From contig NC_043015.1 of assembly GCF_006345805.1 (NCBI RefSeq), positions 10,912,001 through 10,976,000 of the forward strand: 64,000 bases of DNA. The letters run 5' to 3'. Shown here piece after piece: positions 49,054 through 64,000 of this stretch. Numbering within the stretch: position 1 is the stretch's first letter; the number at the start of each line of letters is the position of its first letter. Position numbers and translations under genes: made by a program. Below the pieces are notes generated by a model that was not told the DNA's origin, did no database searches, and was given only the letters and a program-made list of their open reading frames with translations. Source of the stretch: Octopus sinensis. Its lineage: Eukaryota.

Positions 49054-49949
49054 AGAGAGACCGAATTTTGCTTCTCTTAAAATTGATGATTATATTTATC
49101 TCGGAATTTGCATGTTGGATCAATGTGTATCCCCAGCATTGAGTGTAATTGAACACTAGATAAAAACACGTCGCATTGATCTATTGTTGAAAAGTTGAAA
49201 TTATTAAGTCTTAGGAAGTATAAAAGGAGAAATATCCTTTCATGTACAAGATACAGTTTGGCGGTGAGAGGTTTTTCAGTTTTCCAACTGTGCATTGAGC
49301 CCGTTAGTTATTGGGATGATTGTAGGCATTTGAATATGAAAAAATACGCCTTTTCATAATACAAATGTCTTCTCGGATTTACAAATAACTATATGCACTT
49401 GGAATGACATGTAGAATTGCACCTATTACTTGATCTAAATGAATATGTATTACATGTAGACATTTAGTAAATATCTAGGGCGTCGTTCCAGCAGAGCCGC
49501 AGTCAACTGAGTGAAAGAAGTAGAAGAATAAAATGATATACGAGACAAATATATACTACACATTTATTTGAGATATTTCACTCTCTCTATCTCTCTTTCT
49601 ATATCTCTCTATATTTCCCTCTCTCTCTCTCTCTCTCTCTCTCTTGCTTTCGCTCTCTCTCTCTCTCACTCACCGTCGCCTTCAGAATACCAGAAACAAT
49701 AAGAGGAGAATTTAATCTAAAATTTACCAAGCGAGGAGTTTCCAATTCACTGAGAAATAAAATCACGGATTCTTACATTTCTGCTCATAGAAAATGAACT
49801 ATATGGGTCTCTGAATCAGAATAGTCATGCATGTAGAAAATATATACATTTTTATACACAAACACACATTCACATGTGCATGCACACGCACAAACGCACA
49901 CATATGTTTGTGCGTATATATATATATATATAATATATATATATATACA

Positions 49950-50275
49950 TACGTAGCCACACTCATGGATATGCGGACAGACGTTTGGTTCCGGATTCAA
50001 TCCCTTTGCATGGCACGTGAGGCAAGGATTTTGTACTATAGTCTCGCGTGGGCCATGTCCTTGCGAATGGATTTGATAGATGGAATCTGGTAGAACACCA
50101 TCGTATATGTGTGTTTGTGTATGTATGCTTGAGTCTGTGTTTGTGTGTTTATCTGTATGTGTTTGCGTGTGTGTCTATGTCTATTTGCATGCGTGAGTGT
50201 TCACATGTGGATGTGTGCGGGCAGGTGTGTCTTTGTTTCTGCACATGTTCCCCACCATCACTTGACAACCTCCCA
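49950..50275 (+). mobile_element. SINE family 1, old and 3'-truncated
   Basis: ggttccggattcaatccc..gcatggcac...tactatagt...ggatttgataga.ggaa.ctg, then TG-rich spacer and cccaccatcacttgacaacc. Confidence 0.7.
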
Positions 50276-50560
50276 CTGGAGAGGTGGCGTGGTTCCACTG
50301 AATTTCCCAAAGGCCCCAGATTCACCGCAATCTAATGACCAAAGAAAGTCAACAATAAAATATATACATACCTACACACTCATAATTGATAGTTAATCAT
50401 TATCTGCAATTTAACGTTGAGGTTGTATTAGAATAAAGAATACTGCGCAATTCGCCTTCAGAAGATCTCTCATAGGACTCGTGGTTTAAATAATTGACAG
50501 CTCAGAACGAGTTCCTACGACCGTCGGGATGGCCAGATCACGAATTTTCGCTGTACTTAC

Positions 50561-50607
50561 AACTCCTCAGTGGTATGTCTCCAGCAGCATGATGACAGCC
50601 CAATCAC
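50561..50607 (-). other. Candidate 47-nt exon
   Basis: Minus strand: ...atcgttgacag|GTGATTGGG...GAGGAGTT|gtaagt. Only phase 0 is open (VIGLSSCCWRHTTEE). The polypyrimidine tract is weak. Confidence 0.2.
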
Positions 50608-50859
50608 CTGTCAACGATATATAGGATAACCATGTCCATCCAAGCACTGATGTCACAAATAGCCAATGGGCTTATTGAAATATGAGGGCTTTTATACACC
50701 AAGAGTTCATATGAAATGTCCACGCAAGGTAGATAATGCTGTATCTTGTGTTGTAACACAAACTCCACGTTCAGTTCTGTCGCTGTTAATTTTTTAATGA
50801 GCCCAACGGCGATTAGCGGCAGGATGGCCTCAAAGACATTGATATTCTACATGTCAGTT

Positions 50860-51070
50860 TTAAATTTTGGCACGACGCCAGCAATTTCGCTTGAAGCGGC
50901 AAGTCTAAGTCTATTTCATCGACACCATTGCTCACGTGGTACTTATTTTCTCGACCTTAGACCGATGAAAGACAAGGTGAAACTCGGTGGAATGTGAACT
51001 CAGAATATAAAAACACGAAATGGCGTTAATCACATTACTCGGCGTGACAACGATTCTGCTACCTCGACCA
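50860..51070 (-). mobile_element. SINE family 2
   Basis: Reverse complement gives gcagaatcgttgtcacgccgag...ttctgagttcacattccaccgag...gtcgagaaaataagtacc...tgctggcgtcgtgccaaaattt. Confidence 0.75.
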
Positions 51071-52529
51071 TATTGATATCTTCTATATTGTTGACAGAAG
51101 ATTCAGTTTTAATGACGTTATAGGATGACTATTACTGAGGAGCTCAACTCAGAGCGAAATTCCGTGATGTAGCAGTTCCAGCGGCCATATTTCCCAACTA
51201 CGTAGACGATCTAATCATTTTAATCTCCATACTAAACCGCTGTAATGGAACCTATACTAATTACATTATTGTTTCCATAATTGCATGTTTCAGTACAAAC
51301 AAACACTTTTCTACTCAGTCATCATGCCACAAGGTAACCTATAAGCTCAGAAATTCCCATAACTGCGTACTAGATGTGGAGTGCCCTTCTACCCATATAC
51401 TTCTTTTTCTTTTTCATTATTTAATACAATTTGCTAATCATTCTAGCAGCCGAAAATTTGAAATAAGTATTTCTTTTTCGAAAGATGTTCTCCGTATTTC
51501 TACCATATAACCTGAATGGGCTTTTATTTGTATTGTTTACTAATGTTCTCTTCCATATACAGATGTTACTCATGTTAACATATCTACCTATTTACAACTA
51601 AATAATTTAGTACCTTGCTTGTAAAAGTACTTCGGTTTATATAAATAATTTGTCTTTTTTTCACCCACAAACAATTAATTTGCATGTACTATACTTCTGT
51701 GATTTTAAAAGCTTACTTCATCTTCATTATTATGTCAAATTAATATATTTAAGATCTCCTCAAAAGGTGATCACCTTTCCATTCAAGCACTATTTTAATT
51801 TTATTTTATATTAATTCAAGTGACTTTATTGTATTTGATAACTCATATAGTTAATTTGTTTTTATATGTATATATTATATAGCTTTCTGTGTGTTTATGT
51901 AATCAACCAATGCAGTACTTTTAGACTTAATGTATTTTAATTTATCATTGCCCATCGGTCTATATTTCCTCTTACTTCTTTTTCCTAATTTTCTTTTTTT
52001 TTAAGCCCATAAATCTTGATTAAGATTTTTCATCAATTTTCACTTAATTCAATTGATTTCTTTACCAACATCTTTAATTAATCGATATTCGGAGAATAGA
52101 ATATTATATCCTAGGGAGTATTATTAATTTCCTGGGCAAAACTTCAAATATTAGCTCTTTATACATTTGGTATGTAAGTTATATTTTTCTTAAATCCTAC
52201 ACTTGTTTCTCATATACTTAACCGCATTCAGAACTATTTCAATTTGTTTAGGAGAAATAAGCTTAACCGACTAAATTTTCTGAAACTTTACCATAACTGA
52301 ACAAAATTTCCAGGCCTTTACTGAACAATAACTATTATTTCCCTTCAAATATTAAGCACGATTCGGACTTCAATATCCCTACAGCTATTTGTCTTTAAAT
52401 ATACTACTTTCCACTTCACTTTTAAAATTTTACATGCGAAAGCTTTCTATCGATGATTCGCTCCTTCGCTTCGCTTTCTTATCCATACCAATTTTTTTCC
52501 TCTCTTTCACACATTCCCCTTTTTTATAT

Positions 52530-52732
52530 GTTTTATCTATCTATCTGTCTATATACTATCTATATATCTATATGTCCATCTATCTATTTATCTATCTATG
52601 TCTGGCTGCCTGTCTATCTATCTATTTATATATCTACTTATATATTTATTTACCTCTATCTAACTGTCTATCTATCTATCTACCTATTCATCTATCTATT
52701 TATTTATCTATCCGCCTACCTATCTATCTATG

Positions 52733-52806
<74 letters not shown>

Positions 52807-52815
52807 AATATATAT
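52530..52815. repeat. (TCTA)n tetranucleotide array, degenerate at the left end
   Basis: Directly visible; source of the IYLS ORFs. Confidence 0.95.
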
Positions 52816-53741
52816 ATATCTACAACCGTATGCGGTGTTATAGAAACATCTGTCCCGTCATTTTAATCATTTCCGTATGGTCTTGAGAAGTTCTTCTGGT
52901 GGAAATGGAAGAAGCTGATTCTAAACACTAATTATTCATGCAGAATACACAGTCACAAAAATACACAGACACACAAACACACTTACAGACACATGCACTC
53001 ACACACAATACACACATATATATCTAATTGAACAAAATAGAATTTTTTTAAAAGTTATTAACTATTTAAAAAAATATTTTACAGATTGTCACCAATATTT
53101 TTGGAAGAAGCATAGTGCGTATTTTATGTATTTTGTGTGCGTGTGCTTTCGCTATTTCACTTTTCAAACACACGTGTTCCGGGCGAATGCGTATAGAAGC
53201 TGATCTTAGTAATGTTGTTGACTACTTCCGGTTTAGTTTCAGAGTTAGAATTTGTATAAAGTATTCTTCTTCTACCTTTCGGATTTAATTATTTTCATCT
53301 TTTATTTAATAAAACTGAGATATTTTTTTTTATTTTCCATTTGCACAGATGTGTAGATGTTTTCTGTACGGAGCATTTCTAAACGATAAATCTATAATTT
53401 GCTGTTTATGCACGCTTACACGAATATTTAGTGTTCCCCCTCTTTCCCCCAATGTAATTCTCATTGCATTGTTAGCATGCGATGTAGCAGATGGGATTTT
53501 CTATGATTTGCAAGTCATATCTGCATTCAACAACATTTCCTGTCCGTATTATGTCTTTATCCGATGGGAAGCTCGCACTTCTTGTGTCTTTTGAAATTTG
53601 GCTGTTGTCTTCTTGTGCTGATGATTGGTGATTTTTTTAATTAGTTGGCGTAGATTTGATGACTGATATTAACTCTGAGGGTATCGTTTGGCTGAATATA
53701 GTATGTCGCTCTTAGCAGAATAGTATGAAACAAGGAGTTAG

Positions 53742-55233
<1,492 letters not shown>

Positions 55234-55562
55234 TCCCTGAGATGTTTTTCCTTTGAATAATACTAATTTACATAACGTGAAAAACATATATCTAAGGAGA
55301 TTTAACATCCACTGCTAATAATGAGAGCGCATGATTGCATAATATTTCTAAAAGTATTATGTAATTATTTCGGAATTTAAATGAGACCTAAAACTTTGTA
55401 TGCCACACTTGTTTCTATTTACAATTATATACATATCAAGGTGTGTGTATATTTCCTTGTATTTGTCTGTGTACACGTGTGTAACTGTGTGAGGGTAAGA
55501 GAGAGAGAGAGAGAGTGTTTCTGTGTGTGTGCGCGCATGTGTGTCTGTGTGTGTGTACCGAC

Positions 55563-55619
<57 letters not shown>

Positions 55620-57130
55620 TTTCATGTGGAATTGCCATAGCATTTTGTGTCACTGATTTAGTTCGTGGAATATGAACCGCAGCAGACAGGTTCCATATTG
55701 ACTATCAATGGAATTTCGCGCACAGTTCTTGGAATAATCCTAACTGAGTAATCAAAACAATATAGTATAACCTGTGAGGAATTAATTGTTGAGAACACAA
55801 CTCATTTCCTTATATGTATAAAAATATGTATGTATTCTTCGGTGTATGTGTGTAGACATACGTCCATATATATATATAAAGATCCGTATTCAATCGAGAT
55901 ATCTCGCTCATCTGGTAATTGTAGAGTAATGTTTAAAACAAACTTGAACAATCTGATTACTTCCATTATAAGTTTCTCAAGTTATAAGGAAAATAAAATA
56001 AATGTTAAAAGGTTAATCGACTCTCGAAATCCAATCATTTCTTCTAAATCTTTACATTTCTGTTTTGGATTTATTTTAGAAAGACCTACCGGGAAGTGCA
56101 TTGCTTAATATCCTATTGTTTAAGAAGAGTAGCTTTTGGGGGAAAATATTTTTTCGGAATTTATCAAGTAATTTGTAATTTTCATTTTGTATTTAACCCT
56201 TGTGCTATTCTTTACTACTCAATCCCACTCAGGAAAAAAAATGTTTACGTAGTTTTCAGTTTGCCTTTAAAGTAACGCTTAATTCAATTTCTTAATTTAG
56301 TATGTAAATTGGAAATTACGTTAGGGAAGAATATAATTTTAACTGCGTTCGATTATATAATTATTAATAAGGATTCAGTGTTTAAATCGGTTAATAACCA
56401 GTGTAGTGTGGTATCGTAAAGCATTAGGCATTACCAATAGTTTGAACTCACCAGAGGCAGACTCTAGTAATCTAAATTTCTAGGATTGTATATAAACCCC
56501 GTAACATAATAATAAGAAACTGCAGTAATCGCAAACTAAGGATTTTACTTATACTCTCCCAGTTGCAATACGTCGATAAATGCGGTCGATAAGAGAATGA
56601 AATTGGATTGTACGAAAACGCATAACGTGAAGCATTAAGGATTGGTGAAATATTATGGCAAATACATCATATTAATTGAGATAATTAACTAAGACTGGAG
56701 ATCCAAATGTCGAAAATTATTATAATCGTGTTGTGCTATTTACGTTTCAAATAAATGGTAAATGCTCTAAGACACTAGTTTCCATAACACAAGAATATTG
56801 TATGTATTATATTCTGCAATCCCCTTTTCTTTTTTTCATTCATCGGACAACAGTTAAGTAAGTTGTACAATTTATTGTCATCTCAAGTCCACAATGCATT
56901 CAAACGTATATGCATACACACGCACATACTCATATGTACGTATATATGTGTTATCAATGTACGGATGCGTGCATGTATGTGTGCATAGGTTTGTTGAAGC
57001 AAAGAGAAAAGATCTGCATAAATATTTTTACTTATATGTACAAAAGCAACAAAGTAGCTCAAGCGTCTAGTGTTCGGTGCGTTGCCACTTATCAAAATAT
57101 ATACATGTGTGTGTATGTGTATAAATAAAT

Positions 57131-57219
<89 letters not shown>

Positions 57220-57250
57220 TAGATAGAGAAGTATATATATATATATATAT

Positions 57251-57895
57251 ACGACATTCGACTCACTAGAAAGAGCAGCCAAAACTCATACCGCTAAATA
57301 GTTGTAATTCTGAAATAGAAAGAGAAATAAAAACGTTTACCCCTTTCATCTCTGGACTATGCATAGTTTCGGCAAAACTTTGGCAAATGAATTAATTAAA
57401 TTAAATTAAATTCATTTACATCTGGCGTGCCTCGTCACAAGAGAACCTAGGACGAGTATATGTCCACGAGGCTATGGTAAAGAAGCCTCCAGTTACATAT
57501 GCCCTAAATTTTCAAATCTTACCGCAATCGGGCGGTCTACTCAGCAGCAAGTATAAACTGCTGATTTAATTTCAAAATTAGCCAAAAAATCATTAATTAA
57601 TAAATATAAGGGTAGCAAAAAATTCCAGAAAAAATTTTCCGCTACCAGCGGTCTAGTGAGGAAGAAAAAATAGTCAAAGACTATATAATATACATTCAAC
57701 AATATAAGGAATGGCCATATAGGACATTGGACTCACTAGAAAGAGCAGCCAAAAATCATACCGCTAAATAGCTGTAATTCTGAAATAGAAAGATTGTTGA
57801 ATGTATATTATATAGTCTTTTTTTCTCTCTCACTAGACCGCTGGTAGCGGAAAATTTTTTCTGGAATTTTTTGCTACCCTTATATTTATTAATTA
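57251..57895 (-). mobile_element. PLE pseudo-LTR-like unit with direct and inverted sub-duplications (family D)
   Basis: 73-bp direct repeat (57251-57323 and 57721-57793, 4 mismatches), inverted repeat 57594-57703 / 57793-57895, HHR-like motif, (TA)n on both flanks. Confidence 0.7.
57349..57444 (-). ncRNA. Type I hammerhead motif with a damaged stem I/C3 junction
   Basis: Minus strand: TCTCT-TG|TGACGA|GGCA...TGCC|GAAA|CTATGCATAG|TC^CAGAGA. It has a 10-nt perfect palindromic stem III and a GUC triplet. The expected G-C3 before TGACGA reads TG. Confidence 0.6.
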
Positions 57896-57910
57896 TATAT
57901 ATATATATAG

Positions 57911-57955
<45 letters not shown>

Positions 57956-60900
57956 TATATAATATATATATATATATATAATATATATATATATAGATAT
58001 ATATATATATACGTGAATATATGCATATATGAGTGAATGTGTGTATGTGTGTGTGAGTGTGTGTGTAGAATTATTTGCAGGGCCCTACTGAATAAAGGTA
58101 TTTTGATAATAAAGACATTGTTTTTGGTTCAAAAAGAACATATTCGTGTATGAACAGTGTATATGGTCACTCACGCATATATTTATGTATATAAGGACTT
58201 ATCCTCAGACTTCAGACAGAGGAACATAAACAGATCGATATACTCATCGACATAAATATACCTGTATATGTAAAATCATATACAGATGTATTTCCGGTTT
58301 GAAGTTTCACAGTATGATGCGGTGTAAAATAATTAAGACGTGTTTTTATTGATGTACATATCAATTACATCAGGAAAATAACTGTTTTCTTCATGTGAAT
58401 GAAGATTTAAATCTAAAATTTAATATCTAAGATTTGGCTCATGTATGCGTAAATTTTAGAATCATAGCTAGACCTTATTCATTGTCTGATCGTCACCCAG
58501 AGGAGGGAGTCAATAAATATATTTGTTATGAGCGAAATTTTATAGGTTAACTTTTGAAGAAAAGGATTTTTTCATGAAGTAACTGTTTTTTACATCAATT
58601 AAAAAACAAACCTTTTTTAATGATAACTGAGTCTATCTCAACCGAAAGAAATAGTCATATCTCCCTAAATTGTCACTATATGGAAAATACTTTTATACGT
58701 ACAGTACTTCTAAAACGAATGATAATCACGCTTGCAATATATTTGTTAATAATTCCGCATTTTCATAATTGACCGCGGGCTAATCAAGAACAAAAGACTG
58801 TCTCATTCTCTCGTATAACGATATTTGAACTAACAATTTCATTATTTATCATTTCTATAGTTTTAATGACATTGAGAAAATGAAAAAGACCGAAAAGAAT
58901 AAATCATGATTTAAATACTTAAGAAAAATGATATCAATTCACTCCTCAGGCAAAATACAAAATAATGAAATTTTAGTTGGAATAAAATTGATTACTAAAA
59001 CTTTAATGACTCCAATAAAGAGAGACAAACTTACTGATATGTATTTTATTTAGATTTGGTTTTCACATTTCCAAAGTCATTTCCTTCCGCTTCTAAAATT
59101 TATTACTTCTTTGTATATATTTCTTTTTTCTTTTTCATAGATATTTTTTTTTTTTATATTTATACTTCATTTCATGACATGCTTTTATTATTTCTATTTT
59201 ATCTCATTGTATGTTTTTATTTCTATTTCATTTTATTGAATGTTTTATATTTCTATTTTTTATTGTATGTTGTTGTTTTTTTCTTTATGTTACAGCAACA
59301 CATTTTCATTTCTTAAAAAAAATATACGAAATAATATATAAAGGCTCATGGTAAAAGTCTGTATTTCTTTCATTTTAGTGTAATTTAAATAAATGTGGTG
59401 TGGAAAGTAAAGAACTTGAAGAAAACCATTAAATATATATGAAAATAATGATATAACTGAAGTAACCTTTTACCCAGGCGATATATGAAAACTTCCATTA
59501 TACAAGGTTCCTGACTACACGACCTATTGATGCTCCATTTAATTAATAGGTTATGCCTAGATACTAAGGCCAATTGACAAATGGTCACATGTCAGAGGTG
59601 ATAGAGTCCATACAAGACTAGTTCGCGTGTCTATTTTATGAAGTGATATTATATGAATCAACTGTAATTACATTTAAGGTCAGAGTTCGACGTGAGGAAC
59701 CTTAACATTTTCCACGTGATTGTGATAACATATAGAAATATATACACATATATAAACACTCATACGCATTATGAAATAGCCATAGAAGTAATAGAAGATT
59801 TCATCGCCCTGTTTCAGAGTTTTCAACACGCGGAGGAAAAGAAACATTTAGGCTTAGAACATAGATTAGTCTTAATTGTTTGCTAAGGATACCCAAGGGC
59901 AAATTAGTGGTCTTAAAGGGAGTAGCTTCCACTTACGTATGGAAAGATTTAGGTATGGCCTTCGAACACAAAACCAGTACCAGCATATGATTTACATGAA
60001 TTCCTTGAAAGTAGAATACAGGCAGATCATATGACAATGTTTTATCTTTGAATAGCATGTTTGAAGCATTCTCCTCTTGATTTTTGAAATCCGTGTTCAA
60101 ATTCAACCTATGTAAATTTTGGGTTTCACAATTTCAGGATTGATAAACAAATATAGGTTATGTTTTGTGGTGTAGACAACCTCTGTATCATCGTCCGATT
60201 CTCTCCCACTTTCTCTCTTTGTGGTAGGAACTGTTAAGGAATGGAATCTGTCACTATTAGATGCCTGAGAAAAACGCTACGTCACGACTCACCCCTGTAA
60301 ATAAATAATGTGTTCAAAGCTAATGTAATGGAGGAAATAGCCAAACAAGAATATCAGATCATTGAACAAAGAACACCAAGTAAAATGCCATTGACTCAAG
60401 TTAATCTACATGGATTTCAATTGTGGACACCATTGATTTCCCATCACAAACCCAGGCAAAGCTGTATTCAAATTTAGATTATGTTACTCTTAGAAAATCC
60501 AACATAATATAGTCTCTATATTTTTCACATCACTCGCGCTCTTACATATTTTTATGCCTGTTAAATCAAGTCGTTTTTGCGGTAAATTTCAATCTTAAAC
60601 GCAATATATTTGACTTCAATGAGCGACTGCATGCAACCATAAACTGCATTATATTACATTTTACTACACTTTCAAGCTCATATTGCACACTAAATGTATG
60701 ATTATATGGCAATATTTTTTAATGTTTATTTTGGAACATCACACGTCACATTTAATATCACGTAAAAAAAACTTCTAGTAGGTATAGATTAATTTCGTAG
60801 GTATAAGTAGGTATAAAATATATTTTATATAATCATACGTATATAAGCATTTTTTGTGAATATGAATTTTAAAAAGGCAACATTACATCATATGTTTTCG

Positions 60901-62539
60901 TGATTTAACTGCATCATGAATTTATTAAAAACGATTTAATAAACAGAGAAAAAAGTAAAATTACAGATAATGCTTAGGATTAGAAAGTGATTTGTTGATT
61001 TTTCTGCTCTTTTCCTAATGCCACGTTACGTTTCAATCAAAATCGGAAAATGGTTTATATAGTGTAGGGCCACATTTCGCTTGCTCAGTATGGCACGAAG
61101 GCAAACCTAACAAGTGAGCTTATAAATCGCAGATCTGAATTTAACTCATGATATTGACTGGTTATACATCTCCCCCCACCCAGTTTATTTATAATATTTT
61201 TTCTCCAAAAAAATTTATAGAATCTACCAGCAACATATTTAGTACGAAGGAGAATGATATATAGACTGTTTAAAGAACGACGGGCTTCACTAAGCTGACA
61301 TAATTGGCCAGCCGTTCGTAAAGCGGAAATTATTAGGGGTGCTTCAACAGCACAACATACAAAAAAAATTGCATTCAATAGTAAAACTAAGGAAGTGGTT
61401 TGATTTTGTAGATCGTCACGTTTGATCAATAATCAATAATACATATTTCTTAAAATATTTTCCAGCTAATATTGATAGAGGAATCTGCTGATAGAAGAAA
61501 TATGTAACACTAAAACTTAACACAAATTGAAGTGGTAGAGAAAAGAAAATTGTGTACCAATGGAAGCCGAAACCATACTTCATGGTTGACTGTTTTTCGC
61601 CTATTCCTTCTGTTTTCCTTCAACACCTTTGTCTACACCCACTCATACTCACTCATACTTACATACAGAATGTTAAAATAGGTTTTTTATATAAATAAAT
61701 TAAGCATAAAACTATTGTAGCTCGATTCGGACGATCGATAACTTCCAGCGTTATTCCTTCTGTTTGTCTCAGGTCTTCAACTATTTTATATAACTGTTAA
61801 CTTCTAGTCGTTCAATGATAATTTTAACAAAAAGTAAATAAATATATAAAATAGGCCTTCGAATTTTTAGAGTTGTCTTTACGTTCTATATCTACCTGGG
61901 AAAACCGCTCATATGGAATATTCCAGTGAGTTATAATCATGCAGACTGGTTCATTTGTAATTCATATTTCAACCTCAATTCATCCTTGTATTGATTGAAA
62001 AAACGTTTTATATATCAAGTGAGAACATGTCTACTTTTTAACCATTTCCCTTAGTAAACAAACTTGAAGACCTCAGCGTAACGAAAGAGCGTCTCCATTG
62101 TAATAAAAAATCTGCTAAAAATAGAAGTTGATATCTCAGAAAAATTAATTCTACCAGCTTTTTAAAACATCACTGTCAATTATTTGATCTGCTGTGTATA
62201 CAACGACTGCCAAAATAGATGTCATATGGAAGGCTGAAGATCTTACAATCTTAGGCCGCTTTATCTGCATGAAGAACGATCACAAAAACTCGAAGACATC
62301 ACTCATGGCCCAACAATGAGAATATTGTTTACATATATACATTTTTAGCGATACTGATTCTTCCTCTGATACGATAATACCGAGAATAAATATATGTAGC
62401 AGCTAAAAGCCTGACACATTATGATATTAACACGAAAGTCGTAGGCAGTACATCTTATTCAGCTGATTAAAACCAAAAATGGTTCTATTCATTTCACTTT
62501 TTCTCCTCAATATTGTCCATTAAGTGCGATAAGAGTATA

Positions 62540-62727
62540 GTTTGCACGCCGGGCAAAATGCTTAGCAGCTTTTCGTCTGTCCTTTCGTTTCTGAGTTCAA
62601 ATTCCGTTCAGCATTTTATCCTTCTCAGAGTCGATAAAATAAGTATCAGTAAGGTATTGAGGTTGATGTAATCGACTTAACCCTTTCCATTAAATTGCTG
62701 GCCTTGTGCCAAATTTTAAAACTAATA
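62540..62727 (+). mobile_element. SINE family 2
   Basis: gcacgccgggcaaaatgcttagcag...ctgagttcaaattccg...gtcgataaaataagta.cagt...aatcgacttaaccc...tgctggccttgtgccaaa. Confidence 0.8.
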
Positions 62728-63661
62728 CTGTATTCTGTTTTGATGAACTGCGACATCACCATCAGGGTCCCACTGAATGATGTTATTTCCCAATACAGTG
62801 AAATGTAGTTACGTCAGTATATGCCCTCATTTGCAAATCTATCATATTATAATTCAAATATATACGCATCTTTGAACTCTTAATAAATATAAGTGTGAAT
62901 TATTCACAGGTTATAATGGCAGTGGCATTTTCCTCCCTCCAAGTCAGTGTTATAAACAACATTAACTTCCTCTTCAAACAAGTTCAATATTCTGACCTCA
63001 TTTAACAATAGGTTAAGCCAGGTGTTATTTCTATAAACAATGGCATTCCTTTTGATGATTAAGCAACTGATATCTCAGCATTTAAACGTTGAATATCTAG
63101 AGTTATATAACTTAATTTGCTAGTTATACTGCCCGCAATATTTTTAATGAACGTCCTTCTTCACGCTTTCGCTTATCATTTTCCTTGAATTTCTTTGAAT
63201 TGTTTGAAGATGTATGTTCCGGCTAAACTTCTGTCAACATATATGCTGTACGTAAATTGTTGATGTCAGCACTTGCATGAATAAATATAGTTCGGGATCG
63301 ACAATAAAGACAATATAAGCAGAATCTTTATGTGAAATAAGGATATCAGTTAAATTGAAGTGTCAAATGTCTCGGGAGATATTCCCTCAGTACATTTAGT
63401 TACGTGTTTTATGTTATCTGTAGCAAATGTGGAATGAGGTAAAGTAAAGTATTAAACCAGTTTATAACCGGCTTCACGTTCCCAGGTTAACGAATAGGAT
63501 GTTTTATTATAAATCCTTCAACACATTTATTGTTTTATTTGTTGAAAGATTTGTGAATAGTTTTCTTAAGTAATGGATATTGACACTCTAATCCAACATG
63601 AGATTTCAACGAAGAGATACAGAAGATTATTCTGTATTTCTAGCAATTATCGACGTTCATG

Positions 63662-63728
<67 letters not shown>

Positions 63729-63914
63729 TGTATGCACAGAATGGTAGAAGAATGAATCAGCAGAGCGACGCAGAACAGGATTCGAGGTACTCTGCGTTCA
63801 ATCCTACAAACAGAGTTTTTGCCAATTTCGTCTTCCTGCGCTTTTAGAATAAATACTATTTAAAAGTTGATGTTGATGTAACCAACTGTATCCACAAAAT
63901 GTATTTAATATATA

Positions 63915-64000
63915 TATATATAATCAAAATAAACAACAAGGATATCCAGCGGTAATGCTGTACGATCGTTTCATGCGACTCCATTTAATTGAATAATGCA
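63915..64000 (-). mobile_element. Family A pseudo-LTR with the 3' half of a hammerhead, cut by the window edge
   Basis: Minus strand: gtcgcat|GAAA|CGATCG|TA^CAGCA...gatatccttgttgtttattttgat then (TA)n. The downstream tail resembles that of the 14.4 kb and 19.96 kb copies. Confidence 0.6.

Noticed and set aside
61085-61429. 114-aa minus-strand ORF, or a pogo-like remnant on the plus strand
   Set aside because: No recognisable domain; the KWFDFVDRH similarity to pogo is too weak to call.

Overview
AT-rich, microsatellite-dense eukaryotic DNA. Its repeat families look like an octopus (coleoid cephalopod) genome; this is inferred from the SINE types and the (TA)n/(CA)n/(TTA)n load, not from a database match. 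No host protein-coding gene can be identified with confidence, so the window reads as intergenic or deep intronic. Most listed ORFs are microsatellite translations or transposon fragments. Recognisable content: a mariner and a Tc1 element with TIRs and TA target sites, a decayed near-full-length Penelope-like element (PLE; RT plus GIY-YIG), several RTE and CR1/L2-group LINE fragments, a same-strand nest of about eight R4/Dong fragments in trinucleotide microsatellites (38-45.5 kb), a mini-Helitron, probable piggyBac and pogo relics, and at least three tRNA-derived SINE families. The most interesting signal is a set of type I hammerhead ribozyme (HHR) motifs from about five sequence families. 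They lie in short, mostly non-coding, (TA)n-bounded and often fold-back units resembling PLE pseudo-LTRs or retrozymes. One family shows compensatory base changes and palindromic stem III, and two carry non-canonical catalytic cores (CCGAYGA, CTGTTGA). All structures were folded by eye; none were computed or searched.
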